From Phycisphaeraceae bacterium (lineage in GTDB: Bacteria; Planctomycetota; Phycisphaerae; Phycisphaerales; Zrk34), in the NCBI GenBank assembly GCA_040905565.1, contig JBBDRF010000063.1, positions 29,747-93,746 of the forward strand: a stretch of DNA of 64,000 nt, written 5' to 3'. The position numbers and the translations under genes are program-made. The notes beneath the pieces are model-generated. The model saw nothing but the letters and a program-made list of their open reading frames with translations, ran no database searches and had not been told where the DNA came from. This document shows positions 28,716 to 39,950 of the stretch, piece after piece; position 1 is the stretch's first letter; each line of letters begins with the position of its first letter.

Positions 28716-29750
28716 TTACACATTTGCCGGCGCGATGAGTTCCCGGTCCACCGCTTCGGCGATGCGGGAGAGCGATTGCATCAGATCGGCAAACTCCTCG
28801 AAGTTCAGCGTCTGGGCACCGTCGGACCAGGCGTGCTTCGGATCGGCGTGCACTTCGATGGCGAGGCCGTCGGCGCCTGCGGCGATGGTCGCTTTGCTCA
28901 TCGCGGGGACGAGGTGCGCGTGGCCTGTGCCGTGGGACGGATCGCCGATCACCGGCAGGTGCGTCAGATGCTGAAGCTCGGTCACCGAGGCCAGTGAGTA
29001 GGTGTTGCGGGTGTGCGTTTCGAACGTGCGGATACCGCGCTCGCAGAGGATCACGTTCGGATTGCCCGCAGCAAGAATGTAGTCCGCTGCCTGAAGATAT
29101 TCGTCGAGCGTCATCGACATGCCGCGTTTGTAGAGGACGGGCTTGGGCTGATTGCCCGCCGCTTCGAGCAGCTTGTAGTTCTGCGCATTGCGGGTGCCGA
29201 TCTGCAGACAGTCGGCATAGCGGCTGACGAGTTCGACATCGCCGGGGGTGACGACTTCCGTGACGACGGGGAGGCCGGAAGCTTCGCGTGCATTGGCGAG
29301 CATCTTCAAGCCGTCTTCGCCGTGGCCCTGGAAGGAGTAGGGATTGGTGCGAGGCTTGAACGCGCCGCCGCGGAGGGCCGAGGCGCCTAGCTGCTTGAGC
29401 GTAACGGCGGTCTGGACGATCTGCTCTTCACTTTCGACCGAGCAGGGCCCGGCGATGACCTGAACGGCTTTGCCGCCGAACACGCAGTCGTCACTAAGGG
29501 CCACGGTCGACCGCTCGACCTGCCGCTGCTTGGAGGCCATTTTATAAGGTGTGAGCACACGCATCGCCTTCTGGACGCCGGTGAGTCGTTCGAACACTTC
29601 AGGATCCTTTTTCCGGTCTTCGCCGATCACCGCCACAACGGTCAGCTCCGTGCCCTGGATGATGTGGTCACGCAGGCCCATTTCCTGCACAAGATTGATG
29701 ACCTGTTCGATCTGGTCGCGGGTCGCTTCGGGTTCCATCACAATGATCAT
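28716..29750 (-). CDS. aroF: DAHP synthase, type I-beta with N-terminal regulatory domain
   Basis: IAGPCSVES, RGGAFKPRTNPYSFQG, CERGIRTFE and DPSHGTG; GAGGAG SD. Confidence 0.95.
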   Translation of the reverse strand: MIIVMEPEATRDQIEQVINLVQEMGLRDHIIQGTELTVVAVIGEDRKKDPEVFERLTGVQKAMRVLTPYKMASKQRQVERSTVALSDDCVFGGKAVQVIAGPCSVESEEQIVQTAVTLKQLGASALRGGAFKPRTNPYSFQGHGEDGLKMLANAREASGLPVVTEVVTPGDVELVSRYADCLQIGTRNAQNYKLLEAAGNQPKPVLYKRGMSMTLDEYLQAADYILAAGNPNVILCERGIRTFETHTRNTYSLASVTELQHLTHLPVIGDPSHGTGHAHLVPAMSKATIAAGADGLAIEVHADPKHAWSDGAQTLNFEEFADLMQSLSRIAEAVDRELIAPANV

Positions 29751-29837
29751 CGTCGGCTCCTCTTTTGCCTCTCGTCGCTGCCTCCTCCCACAGCCCCCGA
29801 TTCAATGCGGAAAAGGTGGGGGGGTGGGGGGGGGCAT

Positions 29838-29873
29838 AAAAAAACCCCGAAACGGTTCGGTCCGCTTCGGGGC
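29838..29873 (-). terminator. Intrinsic terminator (attenuator) in the aroF leader
   Basis: mRNA CCCCGAAGCGG-ACCGAA-CCGUUUCGGGG-UUUUUUU: 11-bp stem with one G-U pair plus U7, about 90 nt upstream of the aroF start. Confidence 0.85.
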
Positions 29874-29916
29874 ATTCGCTGTTGTGTTGGTCATTCAACC
29901 TGGACGCGGATGCACC

Positions 29917-29976
29917 TTAAGCGGCCCGAAAGCCGGTAAAGTAAGCAAACCAACGCCAAGTAAAGTGACGGTTCAT
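29917..29976 (-). CDS. Aromatic-rich attenuator leader peptide MNRHFTWRWFAYFTGFRAA
   Basis: ATG AAC CGT CAC TTT ACT TGG CGT TGG TTT GCT TAC TTT ACC GGC TTT CGG GCC GCT TAA on the minus strand; 7 of 19 codons are Phe/Trp/Tyr. Confidence 0.85.
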   Translation of the reverse strand: MNRHFTWRWFAYFTGFRAA

Positions 29977-29983
29977 CGACTTC

Positions 29984-30012
29984 ATTTTGCACCACAGGCT
30001 CTGGCCGGTCAA
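29984..30012 (-). promoter_or_regulatory. Putative promoter of the aroF leader
   Basis: TTGACC (30012-30007), 17 bp, CAAAAT (29989-29984), 7 nt, leader ATG. Confidence 0.6.
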
Positions 30013-30166
30013 CAAAAATCGCGATTTCTTTTTCAGCCGAGTCAAGGCGTCTCCAATGCGGGCGCGCTTCACCTCCGAGCGGCGGGCCGAGTTGTGGACA
30101 AGTCGGCTCTTTCACCCGCGGTGGCAGGGGAACCGGTGTGCTATACAATGGTGGCTTGCAAAAGCT

Positions 30167-30250
30167 GCGGGCGTGGCGAAATTGGTAGACGCGCCAGGTT
30201 TAGGTCCTGGTGGGGGCAACCCCGTGGAGGTTCGAGTCCTCTCGCCCGCA
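30167..30250 (+). tRNA. tRNA-Leu (anticodon TAG), CCA not encoded
   Basis: Acceptor GCGGGCG/CGCCCGC+A; D-loop AATTGGTAGA; anticodon arm CCAGG-TTTAGGT-CCTGG; long variable arm; GGTTCGAGTCC. Confidence 0.96.
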
Positions 30251-30275
30251 TTCCGCTCACCGACGGTCGAGCGGC

Positions 30276-31745
30276 TTGAAAACATTGACCGGCGGTGGAA
30301 GTTTGACCTTATGGCTCGGCGTCATCTCGTGGTCGCTGTTGTACCTCATCAGCGAATGGCTGTTGCGGATCGTGATGACGCTGGTCGTGGTCAGGCGAAA
30401 AAAACCCACGCCCGCCATGGCCTGGCTTCTGATCATCTTCTTCCAGCCCTGGTTCGGCCTTTTCCTTTACATGTTGATGGGTGAGTATCGGCTGCCGCGC
30501 CGCCGCATTCAGCAGCACCAGCAGGCGCAGTTGGCGCTGGAAGATTACGCGCGCCTCGCCGTGCAGCAGCCGCACATCGTTCGCCCCGTGATCGAGCCGG
30601 AGCACCGCACGCTCATCAGCATGGCTGAGCACATGGGCGAGATGCCGATCGTCGGCGGCAACGGCGTCGAACTACTGGCTGACACCGAAGCGTTCATCGA
30701 GAAGCTCATTGCCGACATCGATGCCGCCGAGCAGCACGTCCACCTCATGTTCTACATCTACGGCGAGGATGAAACCTCCCGCCGCGTGAGTGCCGCCCTG
30801 ATGCGCGCCGCTGAGCGGGGCGTCCGCTGCCGCCTTCTTGCCGATGCTGTGGGCGCGCGACCGATGTTCCGCTCCCTTGCGTCACAGATGACCGAAGCCG
30901 GCGTCGAGGTCCGACCGGCCATGCCCGTCACGCCGTTTCGCCGAAAGCTGGCGCGGATCGACCTTCGGAACCATCGCAAGATCGTCGTGATCGACGGCCG
31001 GGTCGGCTACACCGGCTCGCAGAATATCATCGATCCCAGCTACGGCACGCACCATCTTCGCTGGGTGGAGATGATGGTCAGGCTTACCGGCCCGGCTGTG
31101 GCGCAGCTTCAGGGCGTGTTTGTGGAGGACTGGTATTTCGATACCGACGAGGCGCTTACCTCGCCGGACATTTACGCCCCGCCGATCGCGATGGGTGACG
31201 TGCCGATCCAGTCACTGCCCAGCGGGCCGACGTATCCGACGGAGAACTATCAGCGGCTGGTGGTCGCTGCAATTCATGCCGCTCGTGAGCGGGTGATCAT
31301 CACCACGCCCTACCTCGTGCCCGACGAAGCGCTGCTTACCGCGCTGCACGTCGCCACCATGCGCGGTGTTCGCGTCGATCTGATCGTCCCCGACCGTTCG
31401 GATCAACCGGTGACCGCCGCTGCCGGCCGCTCCTATTATGAAGATCTGCTCGAGGCCGGCGTGAACATCTACCAATACACACACGGCCTGCTGCACGCGA
31501 AGACGATGAGTGTTGATGATGCGTTCGCACTCATCGGATCGAGCAACTTTGATATCCGTTCGTTTTACCTCAATTTCGAACTGAACCTGCTGCTTTACGG
31601 GCCGAAGATCACCTCAGAACTGCGTTATCGTCAGAGCCAGTACATTGCCGATTCGACCCGACTGTCGCTTCAAGATTGGCAGCAGAGGCCGTATCTGCAA
31701 CGCACCGCTGAAGACCTCGCGAAACTGCTTAGCCCCTTGTTGTGA
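30276..31745 (+). CDS. cls: Cardiolipin synthase (PLD family)
   Basis: N-terminal TMs ([12 protein letters not shown]); two HKD motifs ([20 protein letters not shown]). Start is uncertain; the ORF-track start at 30210 lies inside the tRNA. Confidence 0.92.
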   Translation: MKTLTGGGSLTLWLGVISWSLLYLISEWLLRIVMTLVVVRRKKPTPAMAWLLIIFFQPWFGLFLYMLMGEYRLPRRRIQQHQQAQLALEDYARLAVQQPHIVRPVIEPEHRTLISMAEHMGEMPIVGGNGVELLADTEAFIEKLIADIDAAEQHVHLMFYIYGEDETSRRVSAALMRAAERGVRCRLLADAVGARPMFRSLASQMTEAGVEVRPAMPVTPFRRKLARIDLRNHRKIVVIDGRVGYTGSQNIIDPSYGTHHLRWVEMMVRLTGPAVAQLQGVFVEDWYFDTDEALTSPDIYAPPIAMGDVPIQSLPSGPTYPTENYQRLVVAAIHAARERVIITTPYLVPDEALLTALHVATMRGVRVDLIVPDRSDQPVTAAAGRSYYEDLLEAGVNIYQYTHGLLHAKTMSVDDAFALIGSSNFDIRSFYLNFELNLLLYGPKITSELRYRQSQYIADSTRLSLQDWQQRPYLQRTAEDLAKLLSPLL

Positions 31746-31752
31746 GTGCACG

Positions 31753-34200
<2,448 letters not shown>

Positions 34201-34201
34201 C

Positions 34202-34231
34202 GGACCCAGCGACGCTACGCGTCGCCGGTCC
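34202..34231. repeat. GC-rich palindrome (REP-like or terminator-like)
   Basis: GGACC-CA-GCGACGC-TAC-GCGTCGC-C-GGTCC directly after the copA stop. Confidence 0.6.
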
Positions 34232-34297
34232 TGTTGGTCATTCCCGCAGCAGCGGTTAAACTCACGAGTCGAAGAGTTGAGCAATGGGGATTGCTGA

Positions 34298-35056
34298 ATG
34301 GTGAGCCACGTGGAACGACCGAAGATCGCACTGGCCTTGATGGCGCACCCGGACGATGCGGAGATTCTGTGTGCCGGGACGCTGATCCGCCTGGCCGATC
34401 TGGGCTGGCAGATTCACATCGCCACCGCCACGCCCGGCGACTGTGGCACGATGACCGAGACGCCGTTCGACATCGCTTCCATCCGCACCAAAGAAGGGCG
34501 CGCCGCCGCCAATCTCATCAACGGCACCTACCACTGCCTCGATGAGCGCGATGGATTCGTCTGCTACGACAAAACGGCGTTGCGGAAGACGTACGACCTG
34601 TTCCGCCGGGTCGGCCCGTCGCTGGTTTTCACGCATGCCCCGCGTGACTACATGATGGATCACGAAGCCGTTTCGATGCTCGCCCGGGCCGGCAGTTTCG
34701 TCTACAGCGCGCCGAACATCTCGACGCATCCGCTGCCGCCGCACCCCGGGGTGCCGTACCTGTACTACTGTGATCCGATCGAGGGGGTCGATCCGCTGGG
34801 TAAGGTTGTTGAGCCGACAACTTACATCGACATCAGCGATCAGCTTGATCGTAAGACCGAGATGCTTGCCTGCCATGTGAGTCAGCGGGAATGGCTCCGC
34901 GCTCATCACGGGATGGACGAGTACATCGCCGCGATGAAACGCCACGCCGCCCACCGTGGTAAGCAGATGGAAACCGAAGCGGCCGAGGCCTTCGTTCAGC
35001 ACCGAGGCCACGCCTACCCCACCGACGACCGCCTCGCCATGATGCTGACGCCGTAA
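34298..35056 (+). CDS. PIG-L/LmbE-family N-acetyl-sugar deacetylase
   Basis: AHPDDAE; TPGDCG; R.KE; DYMMDH; CHVSQ; AEAF. Confidence 0.9.
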   Translation: MVSHVERPKIALALMAHPDDAEILCAGTLIRLADLGWQIHIATATPGDCGTMTETPFDIASIRTKEGRAAANLINGTYHCLDERDGFVCYDKTALRKTYDLFRRVGPSLVFTHAPRDYMMDHEAVSMLARAGSFVYSAPNISTHPLPPHPGVPYLYYCDPIEGVDPLGKVVEPTTYIDISDQLDRKTEMLACHVSQREWLRAHHGMDEYIAAMKRHAAHRGKQMETEAAEAFVQHRGHAYPTDDRLAMMLTP

Positions 35057-35060
35057 GAAA

Positions 35061-35143
35061 TGTTTGAGGGGTGAGGTATGAGGTGTGATGTTCAAAGCAG
35101 CTAGGCCTTCTTCACATCAAACATCACACTTCACAAATTCACA
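35061..35143. repeat. Inverted arrays of degenerate heptamer repeats
   Basis: TGTTTGA GGGGTGA GGTATGA GGTGTGA TGTTCAA ... CTTCACA TCAAACA TCACACT TCACAAA TTCACA. Confidence 0.7.
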
Positions 35144-35154
35144 GGGAGCCTCCC

Positions 35155-36123
35155 ATGGCCGCTGGTAAAGTTTTGAACATGATGAGCACGATCAAGGGGT
35201 CGCTCATTGAGGGGTTTTATCCGAAGGGGTGGAACCTGAAGCGGATCGATGCGTGCTGCGACATGGGGCTGAAGAAGCTCACGACGCCGGCCAAGCACTG
35301 GGATGCGGCGTTCAAGCCGACCGCCGTCAGCAGCGTCGAGCAGATGGACCGGCGCATGGGCGACGCCATTGCTCAGCAGATCGAGCAGACGCGCCGGGCG
35401 GGGCAGAAGCTGGCGATCATCCTGCCTGTCGGACCGATGGGCATGTACCGTCACGTGGTCGATCGACTCAAGCGGAAGAAGGTCGCCTGCGATCACGTGC
35501 ATACCTTCAACATGGACGAATGGGCTGACAAATCCGGCAACACCATGCCCGGCGACCAGCCCGGCGGTTTCGAACATGCGATGAAGCACGCCCTGTTCAA
35601 CCCGCTCGGCAAGCTCACCGTGCCCGCCGGTCAACGCAACTTCGCCACCAAAGAGAACCTGCCGACGTACGCGGAGAAGATCGCTGCCCTGCGGAAAGAG
35701 GGGGCCCGGCTGGTCACGGTCTACGGCATCGGCCGGGGGTGCCACATCGCCTTTTGGGAGCCGCAGAACGCCGGTGACTTCACCAAGGCTCAGTGGAAGA
35801 AGCAGACCCACCGCCTCGGGCAGCCGCTGCATCCGCTGACGATCGAGCAGAACGCGCTGCACAGTTTCAACAGCCGGTTCACGTTAATTCCCTGCTTCGC
35901 GAACACCATCGGGCCGGGGCTTTTCCTGCAAAGCGACTACTGCATCGGCGGGGCGGACGGCGCCTATCCTGATCGCGGAGCCATGTGGCAGGGCATGAGT
36001 CTGTGCGTCACGCTGCAGTACGGTGCCGATCCGTGGATCCCCTCCAGCTTCATGCCCACCATGCCCGGTAAGCTGTTCTTCGTGAAGCAACTCGCCGGGC
36101 CACTGCTGCCCGCAGCTTCATGA
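35155..36123 (+). CDS. Glucosamine-6-phosphate deaminase/isomerase-like (NagB/RpiA superfamily)
   Basis: ILPVGP; FNMDEW; YGIGRGCHIAFWEP. Confidence 0.8.
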   Translation: MAAGKVLNMMSTIKGSLIEGFYPKGWNLKRIDACCDMGLKKLTTPAKHWDAAFKPTAVSSVEQMDRRMGDAIAQQIEQTRRAGQKLAIILPVGPMGMYRHVVDRLKRKKVACDHVHTFNMDEWADKSGNTMPGDQPGGFEHAMKHALFNPLGKLTVPAGQRNFATKENLPTYAEKIAALRKEGARLVTVYGIGRGCHIAFWEPQNAGDFTKAQWKKQTHRLGQPLHPLTIEQNALHSFNSRFTLIPCFANTIGPGLFLQSDYCIGGADGAYPDRGAMWQGMSLCVTLQYGADPWIPSSFMPTMPGKLFFVKQLAGPLLPAAS

Positions 36124-36266
36124 ATCTCAACGCGCTGATGGCTCGGTAGTTTCAATTTAAAAACCGTTCCTGTATTCCCACCCCAATCAAGCCGATACCA
36201 TAGTGGGAACGCCCGAGCGCTGTAGAAGCGGCGCGTGCCGGAGGTGACCTGCTTTTAAGGTATCTG

Positions 36267-37844
36267 ATGAAGATTGCGCAACTCATTTTGGCGGGGGCGG
36301 CCATCGTGGCGATGCTGGGTTTGCCAGCAGCGGCTGCCGATGCCGACGAAGAAAGCGGCCCTCCCACCTTCTTCGGCATCCCCATCACCGTCGACGAGGG
36401 CGCCGCCCAGCAACGCCGCGAACGCGCTCGCAATGCCGACGCCGATGCCGATAACACGCCCGAGCCTGCCCCTCCTCGTGAAGCGCCAACGCGCGAGCCC
36501 GACGCGTCCTCCGATTCTGAAATGACGCCCGAGCCGCAAGAGGAAAACCCGCCTGTCGCCGAAGCCGACCCCAGCCTCGTCGCATGGCTGGCGACGGCAT
36601 CATCGGTGCCTGATCCGCTGTATCTGCCCGACCCGTTCATCGTCCGTTATCAAGCCTCGCCCGTTGCGGTGGTGCAGCTGGGTTCGGCGCTGCGACGGGC
36701 TTTCAAATGTGAAATGTGCAGTGGGGCCACCGAGGTCACCCGTCGGCGTCGGGTAGGAAGTGAGAACGCGGGGGGGCTACGGCGGGATGTCTACGTGACC
36801 GAAACCATCACCTGCTCACGTTGCGAAGGTGACGGCTACGGCACAGGCCGGGCGCTCAACCGTCTGTTGGCGAACCTGACCATCAAGTTCTCGGCCATGC
36901 ACCATCAGGATGCCCGTCATCCCGAAGCACTCACTCGCACGCACGGCGTGCTGCTGGCCCTGCTCGAACACGACGCACGAGCCTTGGCGGGCCGCCTGAA
37001 TTCAGTCAATATCGATATCCTCCAGCGGGCGATCGAAGTGGATCATGTCTTCGGCGCCCCGTTCATCGCAGTGGGCGAGGTTGTTGCGGTGGGGGCACTT
37101 CCGCAGACCGAGTCGCTCGTGGTGGCGATGGAGATGGACGAGTCGCTGGTGATCGTCTCGGACCTGAAATTCGCCAATGAGCCCGTCGTCGGGGAGCGGA
37201 TGCTTTTCGGCGGGCTCGTCGCCAACTTCGTCCAGCACAGCAGCGCGGCCATCCCCGTCGTGCAGCACGGCTACCTGATCGCTTCCGGCAGCGGACCCGA
37301 ATCCATCGTCGACCCTGAAGGTTTCGTTAAGCGCGGGGTCTGGGACATCGAAGCGTTCCGCCAGCGCGAAGCCAGCCGACGTTTAGAGGACGACGACGAG
37401 GGCGGCGAGGCCGACGAGCCGGAGATCATCGTCCGGTCAATTGACGATTTCGCCCAGATCGTGCCGCGCGAGTTTCAGCAGGGCGACACGCATGACGAGG
37501 CTCTCAGGCTCATGACTGACTGGGCCGGCGACGCGCTTGAAGACACCCGCGTCTTTACGCAGGGCGGCGAGATCCTCGACTGGAGCGAGGGGATGACGAT
37601 AGACGATGGTGAAGCTCACGAGATCGGGCGATTCCGAAGCCGCCGTGTCTTTCAAGGCAACGGCTGGGATTTGGTCATCGTCGGCACGCTGCGCAGGCCG
37701 CTCGACCAAGCACGTCAGATGGGGCAGGATATCGCGAACGGCGGCGACTGGAGTGGGAGCATCAGGTCTGTGGAGTATCGCCAAGCCCGCCGCGACAGGG
37801 CCGCCTCCATCGTCATCGAAGTTCGTTCACTGCGCATGCCCTGA
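36267..37844 (+). CDS. Secreted hypothetical protein with a CxxC...CxxC motif
   Basis: Signal peptide; low-complexity linker; CEMCSG...CSRCEGDG; 525-aa ORF filling the gap between neighbours. Confidence 0.7.
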   Translation: MKIAQLILAGAAIVAMLGLPAAAADADEESGPPTFFGIPITVDEGAAQQRRERARNADADADNTPEPAPPREAPTREPDASSDSEMTPEPQEENPPVAEADPSLVAWLATASSVPDPLYLPDPFIVRYQASPVAVVQLGSALRRAFKCEMCSGATEVTRRRRVGSENAGGLRRDVYVTETITCSRCEGDGYGTGRALNRLLANLTIKFSAMHHQDARHPEALTRTHGVLLALLEHDARALAGRLNSVNIDILQRAIEVDHVFGAPFIAVGEVVAVGALPQTESLVVAMEMDESLVIVSDLKFANEPVVGERMLFGGLVANFVQHSSAAIPVVQHGYLIASGSGPESIVDPEGFVKRGVWDIEAFRQREASRRLEDDDEGGEADEPEIIVRSIDDFAQIVPREFQQGDTHDEALRLMTDWAGDALEDTRVFTQGGEILDWSEGMTIDDGEAHEIGRFRSRRVFQGNGWDLVIVGTLRRPLDQARQMGQDIANGGDWSGSIRSVEYRQARRDRAASIVIEVRSLRMP

Positions 37845-38549
37845 ACCGGTCGTCGTCACGGGTCGCCAGGCGATGACCGGCAACTTTTTCGCAAAGAGCA
37901 GATGCGGCTTGCCGGGGAGCGTGATGCCCAGCGGCTGCGTCATCGTATTGCGCTCGATGTCCGCCTCCGCGTGCTGCAGTGGCCAGCGCGGGTGTGCGAT
38001 GTCGCCCCGCCACAACTTGCCGCGCTTGTTCGCGGAGAACAGGCAGTATCGTTCGGTGAGAAACTCCTCCAGCGAACCCGCTTCCGATTCGAACACCTCG
38101 CCCATGCCGCGATACCGGCCTTCGAAATCTGCGTCGCCGGTTGTGCGGTCGCTGCGATAGCTGACCGAACCATCGGCCTCGACGGCGTAGGCCATCCGTG
38201 CGTACTGGTAGTTCAGGTGGAACGACAAGCGGGCGGCTTTGACGGCCAACCGACTGAACGCGTCGAGGGAAAAGAACCACACGCCCCGGCTTTTGCCATC
38301 GGTCACATAGGTCCGCACGTTCAGCTCGGGGAAGGCCGAGGCGGTCGGCACGCCCGGCAGGCACCGCATCCGCACGCCGCTCATGTAGAACGGGACGACG
38401 CCGAGCCAGGCCGACCCGTCGAACGTCTCAATCTCCAGCCCCCTCGGCACCCACCGCCGCAGCGCCCCGGCGTCGACACGCCAGTGCGCGAACAGCAGAT
38501 CGTGCCACGTCATCTGCATGATCCAAGGCCCGGAGCCGCCACCGATCAT
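37827..38549 (-). CDS. YqjF/DUF2071-family protein
   Basis: W.DLLFAHW; FPELNVRTYV; GVWFFSLDA; FLTERY; GGGAGG SD. Confidence 0.88.
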   Translation of the reverse strand: MIGGGSGPWIMQMTWHDLLFAHWRVDAGALRRWVPRGLEIETFDGSAWLGVVPFYMSGVRMRCLPGVPTASAFPELNVRTYVTDGKSRGVWFFSLDAFSRLAVKAARLSFHLNYQYARMAYAVEADGSVSYRSDRTTGDADFEGRYRGMGEVFESEAGSLEEFLTERYCLFSANKRGKLWRGDIAHPRWPLQHAEADIERNTMTQPLGITLPGKPHLLFAKKLPVIAWRPVTTTGSGHAQ

Positions 38550-38588
38550 ACGAACCTCCCCGCTTTAGCTGAACCTTCTCGCTGGGGC

Positions 38589-39926
38589 TCAGCCGACGTT
38601 GCTGCGCAGGTCACTTTCCGCCCATCGCAGGTGCAGCGGCTGTGCGCCTTTGAAGAACGCGTCGACCCACGCGCCGAGCAACTCGGCGCGCCAGCTTTCC
38701 GCCATCCGCGTGCCGACGATGCTGCCCGACTGATACACGCGTCCGATGTCACGCCGATTCGCCACGAGCGACGGATCCACGCCCTGGCCCTGGCAGTATC
38801 CCTGCACGGCCGACCATAAGCTGTCGACCGCGAAGCGATCACGGGGCCGTTCGTCGCTCAAGGCTTCGTGCTTCGGAGCCGCCTCCTTCGGTAGCTCCTG
38901 CTCACGCCCGCGCTGCGTTGCTTCGATGATCTGCCGCCCTGAACCGGCGATGACAGGCCGAGGCAAGCCCCGCACGCGATCGAGTTGATCGAGCTTCTTA
39001 ACCGGCTTTCGGGAGAGCTCGACAAGCACCTCGTCCTTGAGAAAAGTGCGCGGCGGCAGGTCGTGGTCGCGCGCTCCCTGATCGCGCCAGGCGACGAGTT
39101 CCACCAGAATCGCCCGCTGCCTGGCGGTGAGACCGCCGCTGCCGCGCACCCGTTGCGTCTGTACCTGAGGATCAAACTGGTACGCCGACTTCTCGCAAAG
39201 CGTTTCGCATTCCTGCTTCGCCCAGTCGAGATGGCCGGCCGTTTCGAGCTTCTCCAGCAGTGCTGCGTGCAACGCGGGCAGATAACGTACATCGTCGGCG
39301 GCGTAGTGCAGATGAGCCGCGGAGAGCGGGCGTTCATCCCAGCTTGTGAAGGTGAGCCCCTTGCCGAGCTTCACGTCGAGCAGGTCTGAGACGAGCTTCG
39401 ACAATGCCACCGGATAGGGGAGTCGGCAGAAGCCGGCCGCGATCTGCGTGTCGAGGATATTCGCGGGGGGCTCATCGAGAAACCGTACGACCGGCTCCAG
39501 ATCCTGCGACCCCGCATGCACAATCTTGCACACCGACGCATCGGCCAGCAGACGCCACACCGGCGTCAGGTCCACATCAACCATCGCATCGACCACCGCC
39601 AGCCGATCCGTCGTCGCCAGCTGAATCACGCAGAAGCGTGGGTAGTAGCTCAACTCGCCGATGAACTCGGTGTCGTAAGCGACCACGCCTTTCTCGTAGA
39701 TGTGCGCCAGCAGGTCCGCCAAAGCTTCGTCCGTGACGATCAGCTCCGGCTCGACCGCGGGAATCAACGGATGCTCCGGCACGGTCGTGCGCGCAGGTAG
39801 ATCGAGCACCGCATCGTCGTGGTTTCGCTGGCGTCGACGGCTTCGGCCTCCCTGGCCTTGTCTCACCTGCGCACCGTGATCTGTCATAGGTGACGCGCCT
39901 TCCGGCGCCGCCCGCAGGCGACGCAT
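38589..39926 (-). CDS. rnd: Ribonuclease D (DEDDy 3'-5' exonuclease plus HRDC)
   Basis: AYDTEF; HAGSQD; DTQIAA; WDERPL; YAADDV; WRD..AR..DLPP HRDC. Start is 39926 or 39887. Confidence 0.88.
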   Translation of the reverse strand: MRRLRAAPEGASPMTDHGAQVRQGQGGRSRRRQRNHDDAVLDLPARTTVPEHPLIPAVEPELIVTDEALADLLAHIYEKGVVAYDTEFIGELSYYPRFCVIQLATTDRLAVVDAMVDVDLTPVWRLLADASVCKIVHAGSQDLEPVVRFLDEPPANILDTQIAAGFCRLPYPVALSKLVSDLLDVKLGKGLTFTSWDERPLSAAHLHYAADDVRYLPALHAALLEKLETAGHLDWAKQECETLCEKSAYQFDPQVQTQRVRGSGGLTARQRAILVELVAWRDQGARDHDLPPRTFLKDEVLVELSRKPVKKLDQLDRVRGLPRPVIAGSGRQIIEATQRGREQELPKEAAPKHEALSDERPRDRFAVDSLWSAVQGYCQGQGVDPSLVANRRDIGRVYQSGSIVGTRMAESWRAELLGAWVDAFFKGAQPLHLRWAESDLRSNVG

Positions 39927-39950
39927 CAGCGTGATGTTAGGCCGCGAGCC

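Noticed and set aside
29977..29985. Alternative upstream ATG for the leader peptide (MKS extension)
   Set aside because: That ATG overlaps the predicted -10 hexamer, so it would not be transcribed from this promoter; not fully excluded.
30210..30275. ORF-track start of cls
   Set aside because: Begins inside tRNA-Leu.
29551..30484. Track ORFs crossing the aroF leader and tRNA (29551-30279, 29668-29898, 29891-30148, 29987-30484)
   Set aside because: They overlap the terminator, promoter or tRNA and lack protein-like features; the 19-codon leader explains the region better.
35061..35143. Possible CRISPR array
   Set aside because: Units are 7 bp with no unique spacers, and no cas genes are present in the window.
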